64,000 bases of DNA from assembly GCF_036971445.1 (NCBI RefSeq), contig NC_091478.1, forward strand, positions 9,052,001 to 9,116,000, read 5' to 3'. Under the pieces are notes generated by a model. The model did not search any database and was not told the DNA's origin. It was given only the letters and a program-made list of their open reading frames with translations. The position numbers and the translations under genes were made by a program. Shown piece after piece: positions 34,621 through 49,081 of this stretch. The stretch is from Narcine bancroftii. Taxonomy: Eukaryota. The first letter of the stretch is position 1; every line of letters starts with the position of its first letter.

Positions 34621-37019
34621 GTGAGTCAATAATGCATGTTCTTATATTTTTTAAATCAGCATGAGGACCTTTCAATATCAAAACCAATTTAAATAATTCG
34701 TCGTTTGACTTATTCGGTCTTTTTACAGGATCGTTATTGAAATCTATAAGGAAATTACGTGGTGCTTGTTGCTTTGGTTTGTTCTTTTACCTGACTTTCT
34801 GACGAAAAATCAACCTATTTTCTAACCTAAACACATCCCCGCCTGGAAATAATAGCGTTTATGAAATTATCAAATTCCTTTCAAAAGAAACACGGAAGCC
34901 TTATGGACAAAAAAAGTTATTTACTGGCAGCGTCTGTTTGTTTTTACTTTTCACTCAGCAATTAAGAGTGAAATAATTAAATGTTCGGGTCAGAAACGTA
35001 ATCTATTTGTTCAATACAGTACATTTTTCTTTTAAACCAAGAAACAGACTTCTTGAACCACATTTGTTGAGCAAACGTTTTGAAATGGAGAAAGAATATT
35101 TTGTTTCATTCAAAATATCAGACCATCTCGTGATTAGTGACAATTAATTTAATACTTTCCCTCTTATCGTGAAATCCATTGAAATCATAAATGTGACCCA
35201 TACCACGCTATATCTTGAAAAACAATTACAGTTGTTCAATAACAGCTCTTTGCTGGGTGTGATTGGCACTGGGAGAGAGCTTGGGTAATTGTTTAAATCA
35301 TCCCACGGATGCTGCTGCTCCAAATGATCGATATCCTATTACTGACTTGTGCATATCTCCTTCCAACAGCTTGCAGGTACAGGGTAAAGCCGTGAAAAGG
35401 CGAGCCTGAAGCAGATCGAAGGTCCAAATATTTTTCGATTAAAATTTATCTTTAATAGATGGTATTATCGATCTGTTAAAATCTGAAGCTCTATTTGCAC
35501 ATCGTGGCTGGTGCATTTTTGGACATTTTTCGAGCATCGTTTGGTCGGCTTGAAGTAATAACTGGTCTCATCCCAACCAGGACGTGATCAATACATTTGA
35601 CCACGCCCTCTTGTATTTCTTTCAAAACAAAAATAAATACCTATAATCTGTGATTTCGACTCGAGTCCAATCACTGAATGGACGATAAACCTTGCCAATA
35701 ACAAAACTACTTTATTTCGCTGCCTTATGGGTACAAGTGCTTTCGCTGAAGCGCTTGCCACAGTTCAGAATTTGGATCACTATTCTGTAACTTGGTGTCT
35801 CTCCCTCCAATTCACAAAAAGAGATCATTTAAAGTGGTCAAATGATACATTAATAACATAAATAACATAACATAACAATTACAGCACGGAAACAGGCCAT
35901 TAGGCCCCTCTAGTCCGCACCGAACCAAACACCCCTTTCTAGTCCCACCTCCCTGCACAATGCCCATAACCTTCCATCTTCTTCTCATCCATAGACCTGT
36001 CCAACCTTTTCTTAAATACAATACTGACGCACATTTTACTAACTTAGTTGACTGAGGATATCAGAGCACTTGCGAGAAATTTTCAGTCGGGCAGTCCATT
36101 GACAATTTTGGGCCATGAAAGTAATTATTAAAAAAACATTTAAACCCCAGAAAAACGTGAATCTATATCATCTCGAATTTCCTGTAAACTTAAACAAGAG
36201 CAGCAGGAAAAAGGGGAGGGGGTCTTAAGGAAACACAAATTGTTAATCTATGCTTCCACATTATTTACTGCCTTTAGAGAGCAACCTGGATTCGTTGGAT
36301 GTTGTCAAGACCAAAATGACCCATGGCCCCAAGGTAACCATATAACCTGGGTCCAAATAAAGATAGAAAATGTCACAGAAGTTAAAGTGATGAGGACTGA
36401 TCAGGAATCCATAGATTTATAATTATTATTAATAATTGATTTCTGATTGAGGAACTCAGATATACATAACAAGCAAACAAGAATGATGAAAAAGAGGAAG
36501 AATATGAGTGTAACTAAAAAAACACTATAAAATATAGTAATTTGTAATGATTATTTAGATTGTTTTCAATAGCATTACCAACTTTAAATAAATTAGAGCT
36601 AAGGTAATGTTACTTTTAAAAAAAAAAACTTCTGTTGGGTCAAATTAGTTTTAAAATGGAATTTATAGTGATTGATAACTTATCAGGGTTGTGTACAAAA
36701 GGGACTATAAGTTACGTTAATATGAGACATAATGAACCTAGGGAAGCATTGACTAAACTATGTTTGCAATTTCCAGTAGTAAATGGAAATAAATAATGGA
36801 TAAACAATGTTGATAATGAGTTTGTCATTACACATTGTAAAATGTACATATGGACTTCCTGCAGCTGAACAGATATTTGTTAAAAAAAAATTATAACAGT
36901 AAACTAACTGAATTATATTTAAAAAAGACACTAAATACACAAGATAGATAATAATCACAGTAATTTTAAATTTAAAAAAAATGTGGCTTGAAATAGTTTA
37001 GAAAGTCCTTTTGTGGTGT

Positions 37020-37600
37020 CAGAACAGTATTATTATCAGTCTATTCAAGAGTCCAAAAAGCTGTTGGAAAGAATCGGTTCTTAAACCCTGAGGTGCCGTT
37101 TTTCAGGCTTCTCTGCCTTCTGCCTGAAGGTAGCAGCAAGAAGAGGTTGTGACCAGGGTGAAGATGATCCTTTATGATGTTGGCTACCTTCTTGAGGTAG
37201 CACATCCCAGAAATTTCAAAAATGAATGGGAGGTCAGAGCCTTTGCAGCCTTCTGCATTCCTGGGCACATGAATTCCCAAACCGGATGGTGATGCAACCT
37301 ATCAGTATACTTTCCACAGTGGACATGTAGGAGTTTGATAGACCATCCAACAACATGCCAAATCTCCTCAGACTGCTCAGAAAGTAGAGGCATTAGTGCG
37401 GCTTCTTCAGTGGTTGCCTTGGGGCAACCAGAAAAAGTCTTCTGAGATATGGTCTACCAAGAACTTGGATCTGACTCTCCCCACCTCCTTCCCATCAACC
37501 TCTCCTTCATAAAATAAAAAAATAAGTTCCTTGTTCTTGATTATATTGAGAGCTGGTTTGTTGTCCTGGCACCACCTGACCATCCTGTATTTTGATTCAT
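37020..37600 (-). mobile_element. Rex1/Babar-like LINE fragment in the NKX1-2 intron
   Basis: ORF 37041..37280 (KVANIIKDHLHPGHNLFLLLPSGRRQRSLK...FKNRFFP). Confidence 0.75.
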
Positions 37601-39608
37601 CATTTCCAGTTATTCAGCTGTCTTAACCTGTTTGTACAAATCTCCCCTTTAGGCAAACAGAATTTAAATTTACAGTCGCTGGCTAACTTTGATTTCATGT
37701 TGATTCTTAACCATTTGTTTTTTTTTGGTTTGATGCCAAGGTTTTAGTCTATTCCTAATGTCTTCTTTCTTCAACCTTTCCCAGATTTGTAATCATGAAC
37801 CTACTTTTTTTTGTTACACATAATTCACTAATTGTGTTGTCTGAGTGGACTTATTTAAGCTTTCTGTATTAAATAAATAATTTGAAATTCAAACCAATTA
37901 CATTCATGAAGCTGAAAGAGGTTCATTAATTTTATTCAAGTAATAAATAAAATATTGAACCATGCAGCAAAAATGGGAAGGGTATAGGATAATGCTAAGG
38001 CTGATCCATTGTGTCAGCAAGACTAAGGTACAAATTGGGTTTGCAGACATTACGAAAAGCAGATTGAGGAATTCAGAAGGCTACAGAAATATTAAATGCT
38101 GTAGGTCAGATCCTGAATACTGATTCAAATTGCACAAGAGGCTAAGGTGTGTGTACTGGGTGGGTGGGTGTGTGCGCATACAGAGGGGAAGAACTTTCAT
38201 GTCCTTTCAAAGAATAAGGCCATTAACCCATCATTTCTATGCTCCATTACCCTACTAATTCTCCTTGTAATTTATTATTCCCAAGTTCCCCTCTGTCCAA
38301 CTCTAGAGTCTACCTGCCTACACCAGAGGCTATTTAAAGCAGCCACATCCTCACCTTTTGTGATGTGGGAGGAAAGAAGAGGACCCAGGATAAACCAATG
38401 TGGTCACAGGGAAAACATACAAAATTCACATAGACAATGGTGGAAGTCAGGAATGAACCTTGGTAATTGGCACTGTGAGGCATCAGTTCTACTTGTTCAA
38501 ACTAATAAGACATTGAAATTAGAATATTGCTTGCGCAATGTGTGTGGGCATATGGAAAGGAGGCAAAGTTTTAAATGATGTAATGGTGTAATAGAGAAAC
38601 GAGGTTCTCCTCCCTTCAAGGAACTAAGCTTGATTGAATGGCATGAGCAGTAACCTGCCCTGTTGCATGTTAAAACTACTGCAACCTACAAAATATTAAT
38701 GAACTGCAATTTTACAAAATATAAACTTATAAATAAAACAACAGGTGTAAATAAGTCAGCCTTTGCAGATGCTTTTCAATGGAACCAAACGGTGCAAACA
38801 AAGAGCCTGTTCTACTAATCACAACCCTGCTTAGTATAGAATATGGGTTACCCTTTATATATTTAGGAGGTATAATTCCAGCTTCTAAAGAGTGAATTAA
38901 TATCTGGAACGGCACTAGTGCTAATATGGCTGTGTCCATAATCATATTTGGAAATATGATATTGCTTCCTGAAATTGGCATGTAATAACCTACTTTGCAC
39001 TTGTAAAATAAGGAAGCAAGGTCCATTGTCTATATTCAGTAATAAATGTACTATTAATCGATGACACTGTACTTGTTGTACATTATCATTAATGCTTAGA
39101 TACATTCTTTTAAACTAAGTATTTTTTTATAACTGGAAGATTAATTAAATAATTAGGTGAGTTAAGGGTTATGGGCATTAGGAAGGGAAGTGGCCAGATC
39201 ATTTATGGTCTGATTGAATAGCAGAGCAGGCTCAATGGGCCAGATAACTTCTCTTTCTCCCATTTCTTAGGTTCTTCTGTTTGTCAATATTTTTGTGAAA
39301 TTCCATTGCATAGGCTAGTCATTGTTTCACCCACCAAATTTACTGGATATAATATAAATTTTTCTTTATACTTTGGGAGAATTCCAGTGACCAATACCAA
39401 TAGGGTTTATATTGATTACTGGGATGAAACCTTCATTATTTTAAAATGCCACTTAATTACAAATAACAAAAAAAAAGCTAGTATTCAACACAATTGGATA
39501 TAGGTTTCTTCTGAAAACATTCAGCTTCAAACCTAATTATTTTTGAAGGAATATATGTCTAGTTAAGGTAGTAGAGGGAAACAAATGGTTAAAGATTATA
39601 TATTCTGA

Positions 39609-40256
<648 letters not shown>

Positions 40257-40495
40257 AAACTAAACGGGCACCTCCCTAGTAATTATTTACCAGAACAAAA
40301 GGATGATTACATTTTTCATTAGGCCACCATTTTGTACAACTAGCGTGTAATAATATAAGCATCACCCTGAAAGTGGCTGAGCAATTCTAGTGATAGCTTT
40401 TAAATACTACTTCTAAATGAATTTAAAAGCCTTATATGGACAAGTTCTGAACTTTAACATCTAGAGATGTGCTGGTTCTTCATGTGAAAATAAGA

Positions 40496-40501
40496 AATAA
40501 A
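40496..40501 (+). terminator. Candidate polyadenylation signal for NKX1-2
   Basis: First AATAAA I found after the stop codon, ~240 nt downstream; no transcript evidence. Confidence 0.35.
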
Positions 40502-42129
40502 CAAATCCTATAAGATCAGAAGTGCATCATCTATTGAGTTTTGTGTAGCATTATCTAAGATTATGAATTTTCAATCATGAAACTAAAACTGTAATATTTA
40601 CAACTGTATTGGTGCTTATAAAGGCACTGAATTAATATATTTTGTTCACAATATCTTTAAACTCTCCTGTTGTCTCATACTATGTATTTTTAATCCTTTA
40701 AAGCTAGAATTATCAGAAAGTATAAAACACCAATGTGGACTATTTTATTTCATTAATTTGAAGGGACACACGATAGCAAATGGCAGCTATTAAGTACTGA
40801 GATGCACAAGATGGATATGCACTGAATATGGTGCTGCAGTTAGCATTTAAAATGAAACAAGAAAGGAACTTGTCATCAAAAAGTACCTCATTACCTGGTC
40901 CTAATGGTTAAGGGTTTATGATGTCTCCATTTAAGTATTCTATAGTTTTAAGTGGACTTCACTTCCACAAGGGAATACAGCTTAATTAGTTTGAATCTAG
41001 AACCTTTTATTGACAAATTGATAGAAGTGTCATCATTTATTTTTGGATGATGTTCATGGGAATTTGGCTTTGACAATCAAAACACATTTGCAAAAGACAA
41101 GTTGGCATAATAAAATACAATAGTTTTCATGACTTGGCATTGAACTTCTTGTCTTAAATATTTTTGATTTTTTAACATGTCAGATTGACCAATAAAAGAT
41201 TAAGGATAATACAACAGCTTTGAAGTGTTCATGATTTGTAGTTCTGTAGACAGAAGCAATTTACATTCACCACATTTGCTGCCTTCCAGTTATAATGCAA
41301 CTATATTGCATTTACTCAAATATTTGTTCAAGATATTTCTCACCATTATTAAACTAACTTTTGATAATGCTTCTATCGGTTTAGCAGGGCTTTAATTTAC
41401 AAAGAAAAGTGAATTAATTGATGACAAATCGTGTACATTCTAAAAACCTGATTGTGGCCCATTCTATTGTGATATTCTGGAAAATGTCAGAATATTTATG
41501 CTTTTAAACAAAAAAGATCAAGGAACACATTTACTCCTCACTGCTTCCCCATATTAATTTTGATTAATTATTATCCACCCCACCTCAATTAAATGTAATA
41601 CTGACAACATCTGTGATAAATCACAAATGATAATTGTATAAATACCAAACTATGGGCAAGTTTAAAAAAAAATTAACTTTAGGTTAAATATTTTATTCTA
41701 TCAAGGTTTGTTGATTAATTTACATTTCAAAGACTTGTGCCCCATGTTGGTGTATCTGTTATTCAGGTGAATCAACAACATGAAATTCAAAGCTAAGGGA
41801 AACAACAGATGCTTTCTGACCATTCATATTTATCGATTTAAAATGATTCTTAAATTATACTCTGCTCAGAACAAATTAAATAAACTGGTAGAAGTGTATT
41901 TGATATTTAACTAGAAATGAAATGTTCTTGTCTGAAATGGAACTTTTTAAATTAAATGAGTACTACAGAATATCGTTTAAATTGAATTAATAGAAACAAG
42001 ATTTAATAACCAAAAAAATCAACCATTCCAGAGCCAAAGTCCTGAGCATGGCAAAATAATAGAATTTTAGTTAAGCAGTTTTCATATCTTAGTGAAATTC
42101 TCAAATAATAATTTCACGAGTGTTATCAT

Positions 42130-42300
42130 TATTGCTTTGTAAAAACAAATGGCAACCAATTTACAAACAGCAATGCCCCACAAACAGCAATGAGATGAAT
42201 GACCAGTCAATTTATATTTGAAGGTTTCAATTCATGGATAAATGGTGGCTGAGGAGCATTCCTTAGATCTTCTCAAACAGTATCTATAGCCTCCATCAAG
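42130..42300 (-). mobile_element. Ancient Deu-SINE (SacSINE1/AmnSINE1-like) remnant
   Basis: GGCAACCAATTTACAAACAGCAATGCCCCACAAACAGCAATGAGATGAATGACCAG resembles the Deu-domain consensus as I recall it; not database-verified. Confidence 0.55.
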
Positions 42301-43684
42301 AACAAATGGTAAAACAAGTTTTCAATAACAATAAAGAAATAACTGAAGGTAAGCTACCAATAAAATAATTAGTAAAGGATAAACTATCCATCATATGTTT
42401 AAATCCACCTACAAAATAATGTTGAAAATATATTTTCAGCTTCCATCACACTTTCTGTGTATTGTCAGGAAATATTAAAGCACAATTTGTAGATAAAATA
42501 TTTCATGATTAATTAAATGTTACTTATAAAGTTACTTTCCTTTGTTGACAAAGTTTGTCGAAAGATGCTTCCTCTTACAGGACAAGCCTTCTCAAAGCAT
42601 GAGATGTTCCATCTTTTCTTTCCCACTGATATGGAGATTCTGTTGAGAAGATCAGATTACACTACTGTCATATACACCATGATTTCTTGAATCATCCACT
42701 AGTTTGTGAAAGCCACTCTGATGGATTATAACACCAAGGAATTGAGAGGATATTTTTGGCAAATAAGACCTCACACAATTTTCAAATGGTAGTTTCATTA
42801 ATCATACATAAAATCAAGTGCTTAAAATGCATTTACTTTGGCAAAAAACTGGCTTTTGCAGTCATCTGAACAGAAATTGGAAATAGGTAAATGTTATCTA
42901 TTTTCACAGCATTATCAAATAGTTGAAAACTGAAAGATCATGTATTCTTTTGCCTCACAACATACAATAAGTTACCTACAGAGAGAGCTCCAGCATGAGA
43001 GGCATGAGTTTTTCAAGTGAAATCATAACTGCAATTGAGAATGTTGGGATTCAATTTATACCAGTCTCACTCCACATACTAAAGAAAATATGAGTGATGG
43101 GGGATTTTTTTGTGGCTTCTATGCACATTTCTTTAGTTCTGAACTATTGTGCATCTTGTTTCCCTAAACCATTGCAAGCAGCCCTTCACTCAATTTAGAC
43201 CTGCCACGAGGCATCTTGCAATAATTAATTGATATTTCTCTTAATGCTCAAAAGCCTCTTGGACATTTCATCTCCCCAAACCTTCTCCAACTCCTCCATG
43301 GAATTAATTCCCTCTCCTTTTCTTGAATATTGAGAGACTTTGTTCATTAAGGCTATTCTTAAATTTAATTTTTTTTTACAGTTTATACTCATTTTACATT
43401 GAACATAAAGCAGTAAATTTTGCCAGTTATTACTAGAAAAACTAGAGCAACATCTTCCTTGAAAAATAAAAACAGAAATTGTTGAAAATCTGAAATAAAA
43501 ACATAAAATTCTGGAAAATCTCAGCAGATCAGGAAAATATTGTGGAAATAGAAATAGAATTAACATTTCATGTCAGATGCTCTTGGTGGCCAGACCTTTA
43601 CTTTGTTGTTCAGCAGTACACCTTTAATATATAATGTCTAAATAAAAAATAAATTACAATATATATTATCAGTGCCCTCTAGAG

Positions 43685-43824
43685 TAGTGGTTCTCAACCT
43701 CTTTTATTCTATTCACATACCACCTTAAGTCATCCCTTACTATCCTTGTACCATAGGTGCTGTGTGGTCATAAGGGATGACTTAAGGTGGTTTGTGAGTG
43801 GGAAAAATAAGTCGAGAACCAATG
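43685..43824. mobile_element. Palindromic hAT-type MITE
   Basis: TIRs TAGTGGTTCTCAAC ... GTCGAGAACCAATG; internal inverted pair ACCACCTTAAGTCATCCCTTA / TAAGGGATGACTTAAGGTGGT; left flank CTCTAGAG. Similar TTCTCAAC...GAGA-ended elements lie at ~17345-17560 and ~23075-23312. Confidence 0.75.
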
Positions 43825-45819
43825 CAATAGATCAACTTCAGTGATTACAAGCTAAAAACCATGAGAGTCTCGTATTTTACACAACTGTCTACAAGAGAAA
43901 TAATGAAAAGATAGAAAACATTTTAAATAAAAACAAAATATATTATCTTTAGTAGTTTGTAGACACTGAAATTAATGCATGTGGTCTTCAATCTATCCAC
44001 AAAACCTTTGACTGTGTGACAACATGATTTTCAATCAACAATAGAGGAGCAAAAGTTGATGCTGGGGAGGAAGTAGGATACAGATTTTGGATCAGTTCCT
44101 GAAGGATTGGGCTAATAAAGGTACTTTGAAAAGGTGAAGTCCCAGTTTATCTTGGCTCCAGGAAAATAAAAAATGAATGGATTAACACACACATTGCTTC
44201 TAGATTAGTATGCTGAATCATGAACTGATAAGTAGTTTTCCTGCAGAAAATAAGCAGTGGAGCATAATCTAAAGAAATACGATGCCTCATGGTACTAAGT
44301 GTATAATAATTCAATTGAAGACAACTGTAGTTTTCTTAATGAATTCACTTCGGGTTTAATTTAGTTGCAGGAAATAATTAATCAGAAAATAAATGAAAGT
44401 CCAAGAGATTACAACAGGAAGCAAAAAGGTTGAATTTTAAGAATAATTACAATTAGTGAGTAATTGTATACAAAAATATGCAGAATAAGGAAGATAGTTT
44501 TAGGTGATATTTCATTCATTTGAATGGCTAAATTTAGACTGGTCACCATGGATTTTGAAAGTGGGATTCATGAAATTTCCTAACTTCATGTCCTAGTGCA
44601 AATACAGTAAAACTCATGGTACGGTTGGCACGGTTTGCATAATGCTGTTACAGCACCAGCAATTGGGATCAAAGTTCGAATCCTGCGCTGTCTGTAAGAA
44701 GCTTGTATGTTCTTCCAGTTTCTGTGTGGGGTTTCCCCCGTGGCTCCAGTTTTCTCCCACCTTTCAAAAACATAGTGAGGGTTGTAGGTCAATTGGGTGT
44801 AAATGGGCAGCATGGGCTCATGGGCCAAAAAGGCCTGCTACCTCACTGTATGTATCCAGCACCTATGGAATGTGGTAATGCCAGATAAGTGAATTTTCTG
44901 GTTGCTTGAGATTGTGTGTGGCGTGATTGACGAACTAATGACTAGGGGGCACCAAATTTTAAACTTTCGTGTTTTTTACATATATTTTCAGCATTTTTTT
45001 GCCGATTGCTTGAATTCAGGATAACGGAGATATTATATCAGATTTACATATATATTAATTCATTATACATTCACTCGATTCTGCACAGTATTTTGTCACT
45101 GTATTGTAATAAAATGGCTGAAGCAGCACTAATTTCACCGGTTTATTTTATTTGGAATCTAAGAAATTAATTCCTCAGGTCCATGATAATTTTTGCAAGG
45201 GTGATTCCTGTGAATAGATATCCATCTACAAAAGTTCCTAATACAACAAAATATTGAGATGAAATTCAAGTAGAAAATTGTATTTGTTCAAAATAAAATA
45301 AATTCAAGTGTTTTTGACAATAAATTGAATGTGATGGATAATTTAACTTCAGTGGTTGTGACATTATATTAATTTGTTTTTTGCTTGGTTATATTATTAA
45401 ATAGCAATAATTACTGCATGCTTGTTTAAATTGGTGTAAAGGTCCTGCAATATATAAAACATATGTATATATTTTTTGTACATATGGCGCAAGTGTGAAC
45501 TTGAGAAGAATGTCAGAACTTTCATTGAATGAGAGCATTTGTACATAAATAAATAATTGTAAGAAATGATTTTTGTTTTAATATGGATAGAGTGACAATT
45601 TAATAAATGATGCTTAATGTCACAATTATTCAAAGTTGTTATTTTTAGCTGTTAAATCAAATCATGCACTTAGTAGCTGAGAACAACGGGAATTTCCACC
45701 TCCAATTTGATGAAAGGACACATTCTGCTTTATTTTGCTATTTATTAACCAAATCACCTTCAAATCTCTCAGCACACCTTACAATAAACATGTCTTCCAA
45801 TAACACTGAAGTCTATTGC

Positions 45820-45914
45820 AAGTAATGCTGGAAAGTGCTAGTTACCAGAAGTAATGCTGGAGAGCGCTAGTTACCAGAAGTAAGTAATGCTGGAGAGCGC
45901 TAGTTACCAGAAGT
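45820..45914. repeat. 29-bp tandem repeat, three copies
   Basis: AAGTAATGCTGGA(A/G)AG(T/C)GCTAGTTACCAG at 45820, 45849 and 45882, with an extra AAGT between copies 2 and 3. Confidence 0.95.
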
Positions 45915-46598
45915 CTTTTTTCCTCGAGTTGTAAATCTTCATTGATACAGTGATTAAAATTGTACAACTTGTTATTTCAGATTTACATGATTCAAAATGG
46001 AACAAAATAGAATGTGGATTCAATTCCACTTGAGAGACTTAACTGTGTAAACTCTGATGCTCCTGAGGAAGTACTTCTCTGTCATTGGTGCCAGCTTCTG
46101 GATGAACCTGGGGCTCAGTACAATCCTACTGGTGAGCATAAAAGATTTCAAAGAAACGGGGATTATTCCTGGGGCACTAATAAATATGAATCCTTCATTT
46201 AGTAGTAGCAAAAATTATCACACTGCTCCTTTGTGGCCACATACTTTTGGCAACAACATTTTCTAATCAACAATACTAATTATAATTAATTGGTCATAAA
46301 GTATCTTAGGATATTTTCAAAGGGGTTTGAAAGACACAATATAGACCAATAAATGAATGAATTTGGTCTGTTTCTTTTGTTTTCTCAATCTCAAATGATT
46401 GATTTCACAAGTTAGTTGAGACTTTAAAAAAAAATTTACCATCATTTGATCAATGATCATTCTACTGAGCAAATATTTTCAGTTGTACCAATTAATGTTT
46501 CAATTATATTATTTTTTATATTATACAATAAAGTACTAAATATTTGTAAGGCTGCTAATATTATATAAGTATTGTCAAAATGAAGGATATGGAAGATA

Positions 46599-46853
46599 CA
46601 GTGGAACCCCATTATAATGTGATGGTTTGGGTCCAAAAAAATTGCATTACTAAAATAGTGGGATTGCACTAAATCGGGGTTTCAACAAATTGTATTAATT
46701 ACAATTGAAATCAAAACACAAATTAATTTTTTGTCAACTGACCGTCCCCGCTGCTTGCGGTAGGCTGGCAGCAGCATGAAGCCCAATCCAATGACTCATC
46801 ACGTTATATCCGAAATCGCTTTAACTTGGTCGTGTTAAATCGGGATTCCACTG
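46599..46853. mobile_element. Tigger/pogo-type (Tc1-mariner superfamily) MITE
   Basis: TA|CAGTGGAACCCC ... CGGGATTCCACTG|TA: terminal inverted repeats with a TA target duplication. Confidence 0.8.
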
Positions 46854-47234
46854 TATCTGAGTTTTTTTTCTCTGTGTAATGCAAATGAAAATCAATTTAG
46901 TCAGAAATAAAAACCTTATTTATTTATTTATATATATATCTGTATTTTTTAAAATTACCCAGTTTAGTGCAACCATCTCAAAAATTAAAAAGCTGCATTT
47001 TCATAGCGATGGAATATTATTTAAATAAAATACATTTATCTATTTTTCCTGGCTTTTACAGATATAATGTCATGTTGCAAATTTCTAGTTTTCAAGTTAT
47101 AGTATTACAATGGAACACTCTGGCTGGAAGATCAGTTCACTTTCAGGCGTGTCTCCTTTTACTTTTCATTATTATTTTTAAGACCTTGAAGAAATCACAC
47201 CAATGTCTGTTCTGAGGAAATTAGAAGTGCCATC

Positions 47235-47520
47235 AAATGCTCCATCAATCCTCTCTGGTTGCATCACAGCCTGGGCTGGTAATTCAAGCAGGAGCAAACA
47301 AAACGAGGTCTATCACAGGCTTCAATCTCCCATCCATTGAACACATCTATGTAAAGTGCTGTCTCAGGAAGGCAGCCAGCATCATTAAGGAACCCCATTA
47401 CCCTCGCCACGAGTTACAACCTCTTCTCACTGCTACCTATGGGTAGAAGATACAGAGCCTGAAGACGAGTACACAAGAATAGTTTTTTTTCAATAGCTAT
47501 CAGACTCTTGAACCTCCTCT
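47235..47520 (+). mobile_element. Rex1/Babar-like LINE 3' fragment
   Basis: ORF 47237..47446 (ITGFNLPSIEHIYVKCCLRKAASIIKEPHYP). Confidence 0.7.
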
Positions 47521-48587
47521 TGTTACACTCATCATTAGGTAACATTCATGCCCACTATCATCCACAACTTTAATTGTGATATTGTTTACAGCATGTTTTT
47601 TCTTTCACTGTTTAGTGACTGCCCTTCCTTTTTGGTATGGAAAATATTTTAGAGTTATTTGCCAAAAGAAGACTAGTATCTAATCAGCTCACAACACATC
47701 ATTTAGATGGCCAATTCAATTAAACCTCTACACAATGTTCCCACAGGGCTATTGATGGGAAATGGCTGTGACAATTGTGATGCAACAGAATGTGAAGAAG
47801 TTGTGGCAAGATTCTGTTGTTGAATACAAGTTTTGCTCTGTTTATGTGGCACAATGAGGGCTAAGGAAATAACATTTGCTGAACATCCAGGCAAAGCACC
47901 TTTATTACCAATAAGACTGGATCATCTCGCCCTGGGCTTCTAAACCTTTTTTTAATTCACCTGGCGGCCACCTTAAATGTTCTTTTACTTATCAGACTAC
48001 CTACAAACACACGGACCACTGGGAGGGAGGGAAGAGAGCAAGGTCAAGGCAACCAGACAACCAATGGGAGTTTTGTTTTGTGGGGAAAATGTTTAGACTT
48101 TTTTTGTTGTTGTTGTCAATTTTACAACTCTGTGCAACATATTATTTGTCTCCACCACAGATCAGCTATGACAAACAAACTGCCCAGACCCGGTGTAATT
48201 TTATTGTGTCCCCTTTGCTATCTACCCACTGCACTTTTATACTGCCTTGCTTGCTTGCTGTTTTAGTATGAGATATCCAGCTGAACAATAAACTTGAACT
48301 GGAACCTGAACGTCCAGAGGTAAATAGCACCAGTCACCACAGAATACCTCCATACCCAGATAAAACCATCACAGTTGCATTCCTTCACCTACACTGGATT
48401 AACATCCTGAAACTCCCTTCGAAGTTAGCCCCAGAAGGGTCTTCACCGAGGCCTGGCTGCAGGGCTGAGACAAATGCACTTGTGCTTGGAGGAAGAAAGG
48501 GGGTGGGGAGTGAGATGTGGGGAACGAGCAGGTCAAGGTGGGCATGGGAGGGGAAAGGAGACAGAGGAGGAAAGGGGCCAGAGAGTA

Positions 48588-49081
48588 AAGGGGTGGGGGT
48601 AGGGGGTGTGGGTAAGGGGGAGTGGGGGTGGGGGTATGGGTAAGGGGGAGTGGGGGTGGGGGTGTGGGTAAGGGGGAGTGGGGGTGGGGGTGTGGGTAAG
48701 GGGGAGTGGGGGTAGGTAAGAGGGAGTGGGGGTGGGTGTGGGTAAGGGGGAGTGGGGGTAGGTAAGAGGGAGTGGGGGTGGGTGTGGGTAAGGGGGAGTG
48801 GGGGTGGGGGTATGGGTAAGGGGGAGTGGGGGTGGGGGTGTGGGTAAGGGGGAGTGGGGGTGGGGGTGTGGGTAAGGGGGAGTGGGGGTAGGTAAGAGGG
48901 AGTGGGGGTGGGTGTGGGTAAGGGGGAGTGGGGGTAGGTAAGAGGGAGTGGGGGTGGGTGTGGGTAAGGGGGGGTGGGGGTGTGGGTAAGGGGGAGTGGG
49001 GGTAGGTAAGAGGGAGTGGGGGTGGGTGTGGGTAAGGGGGAGTGGGGGTGGGGGTAGGAGGGTGGGTAAGTGGGGGTGGGG
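48588..49081 (+). repeat. G-rich minisatellite upstream of the OAT promoter
   Basis: Units such as GGGTAAGGGGGAGTGGGGGTGGGGGTGT (28 nt) alternate with a GGTAGGTAAGAGGGAGT variant; C is absent from the + strand. Confidence 0.95.

Noticed and set aside
44938-44954. CTCF-like motif ATGACTAGGGGGCACCA between NKX1-2 and OAT
   Set aside because: Partial match inside an apparent DNA-transposon fragment; not supportable without ChIP data or PWM scoring.
45820-45914. CRISPR-like 29-bp direct repeats
   Set aside because: No unique spacers, no cas genes and a vertebrate context; it is a simple tandem repeat.
45981-46131. Exon-like segment with TTTCAG acceptor and TG|GTGAGC donor
   Set aside because: Stop codons in all three frames and no recognisable homology; it could be a lncRNA exon, but sequence alone cannot support that.
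48588-49081. Interstitial telomeric sequence
   Set aside because: Contains TAAGGG within a longer unit, not tandem TTAGGG.
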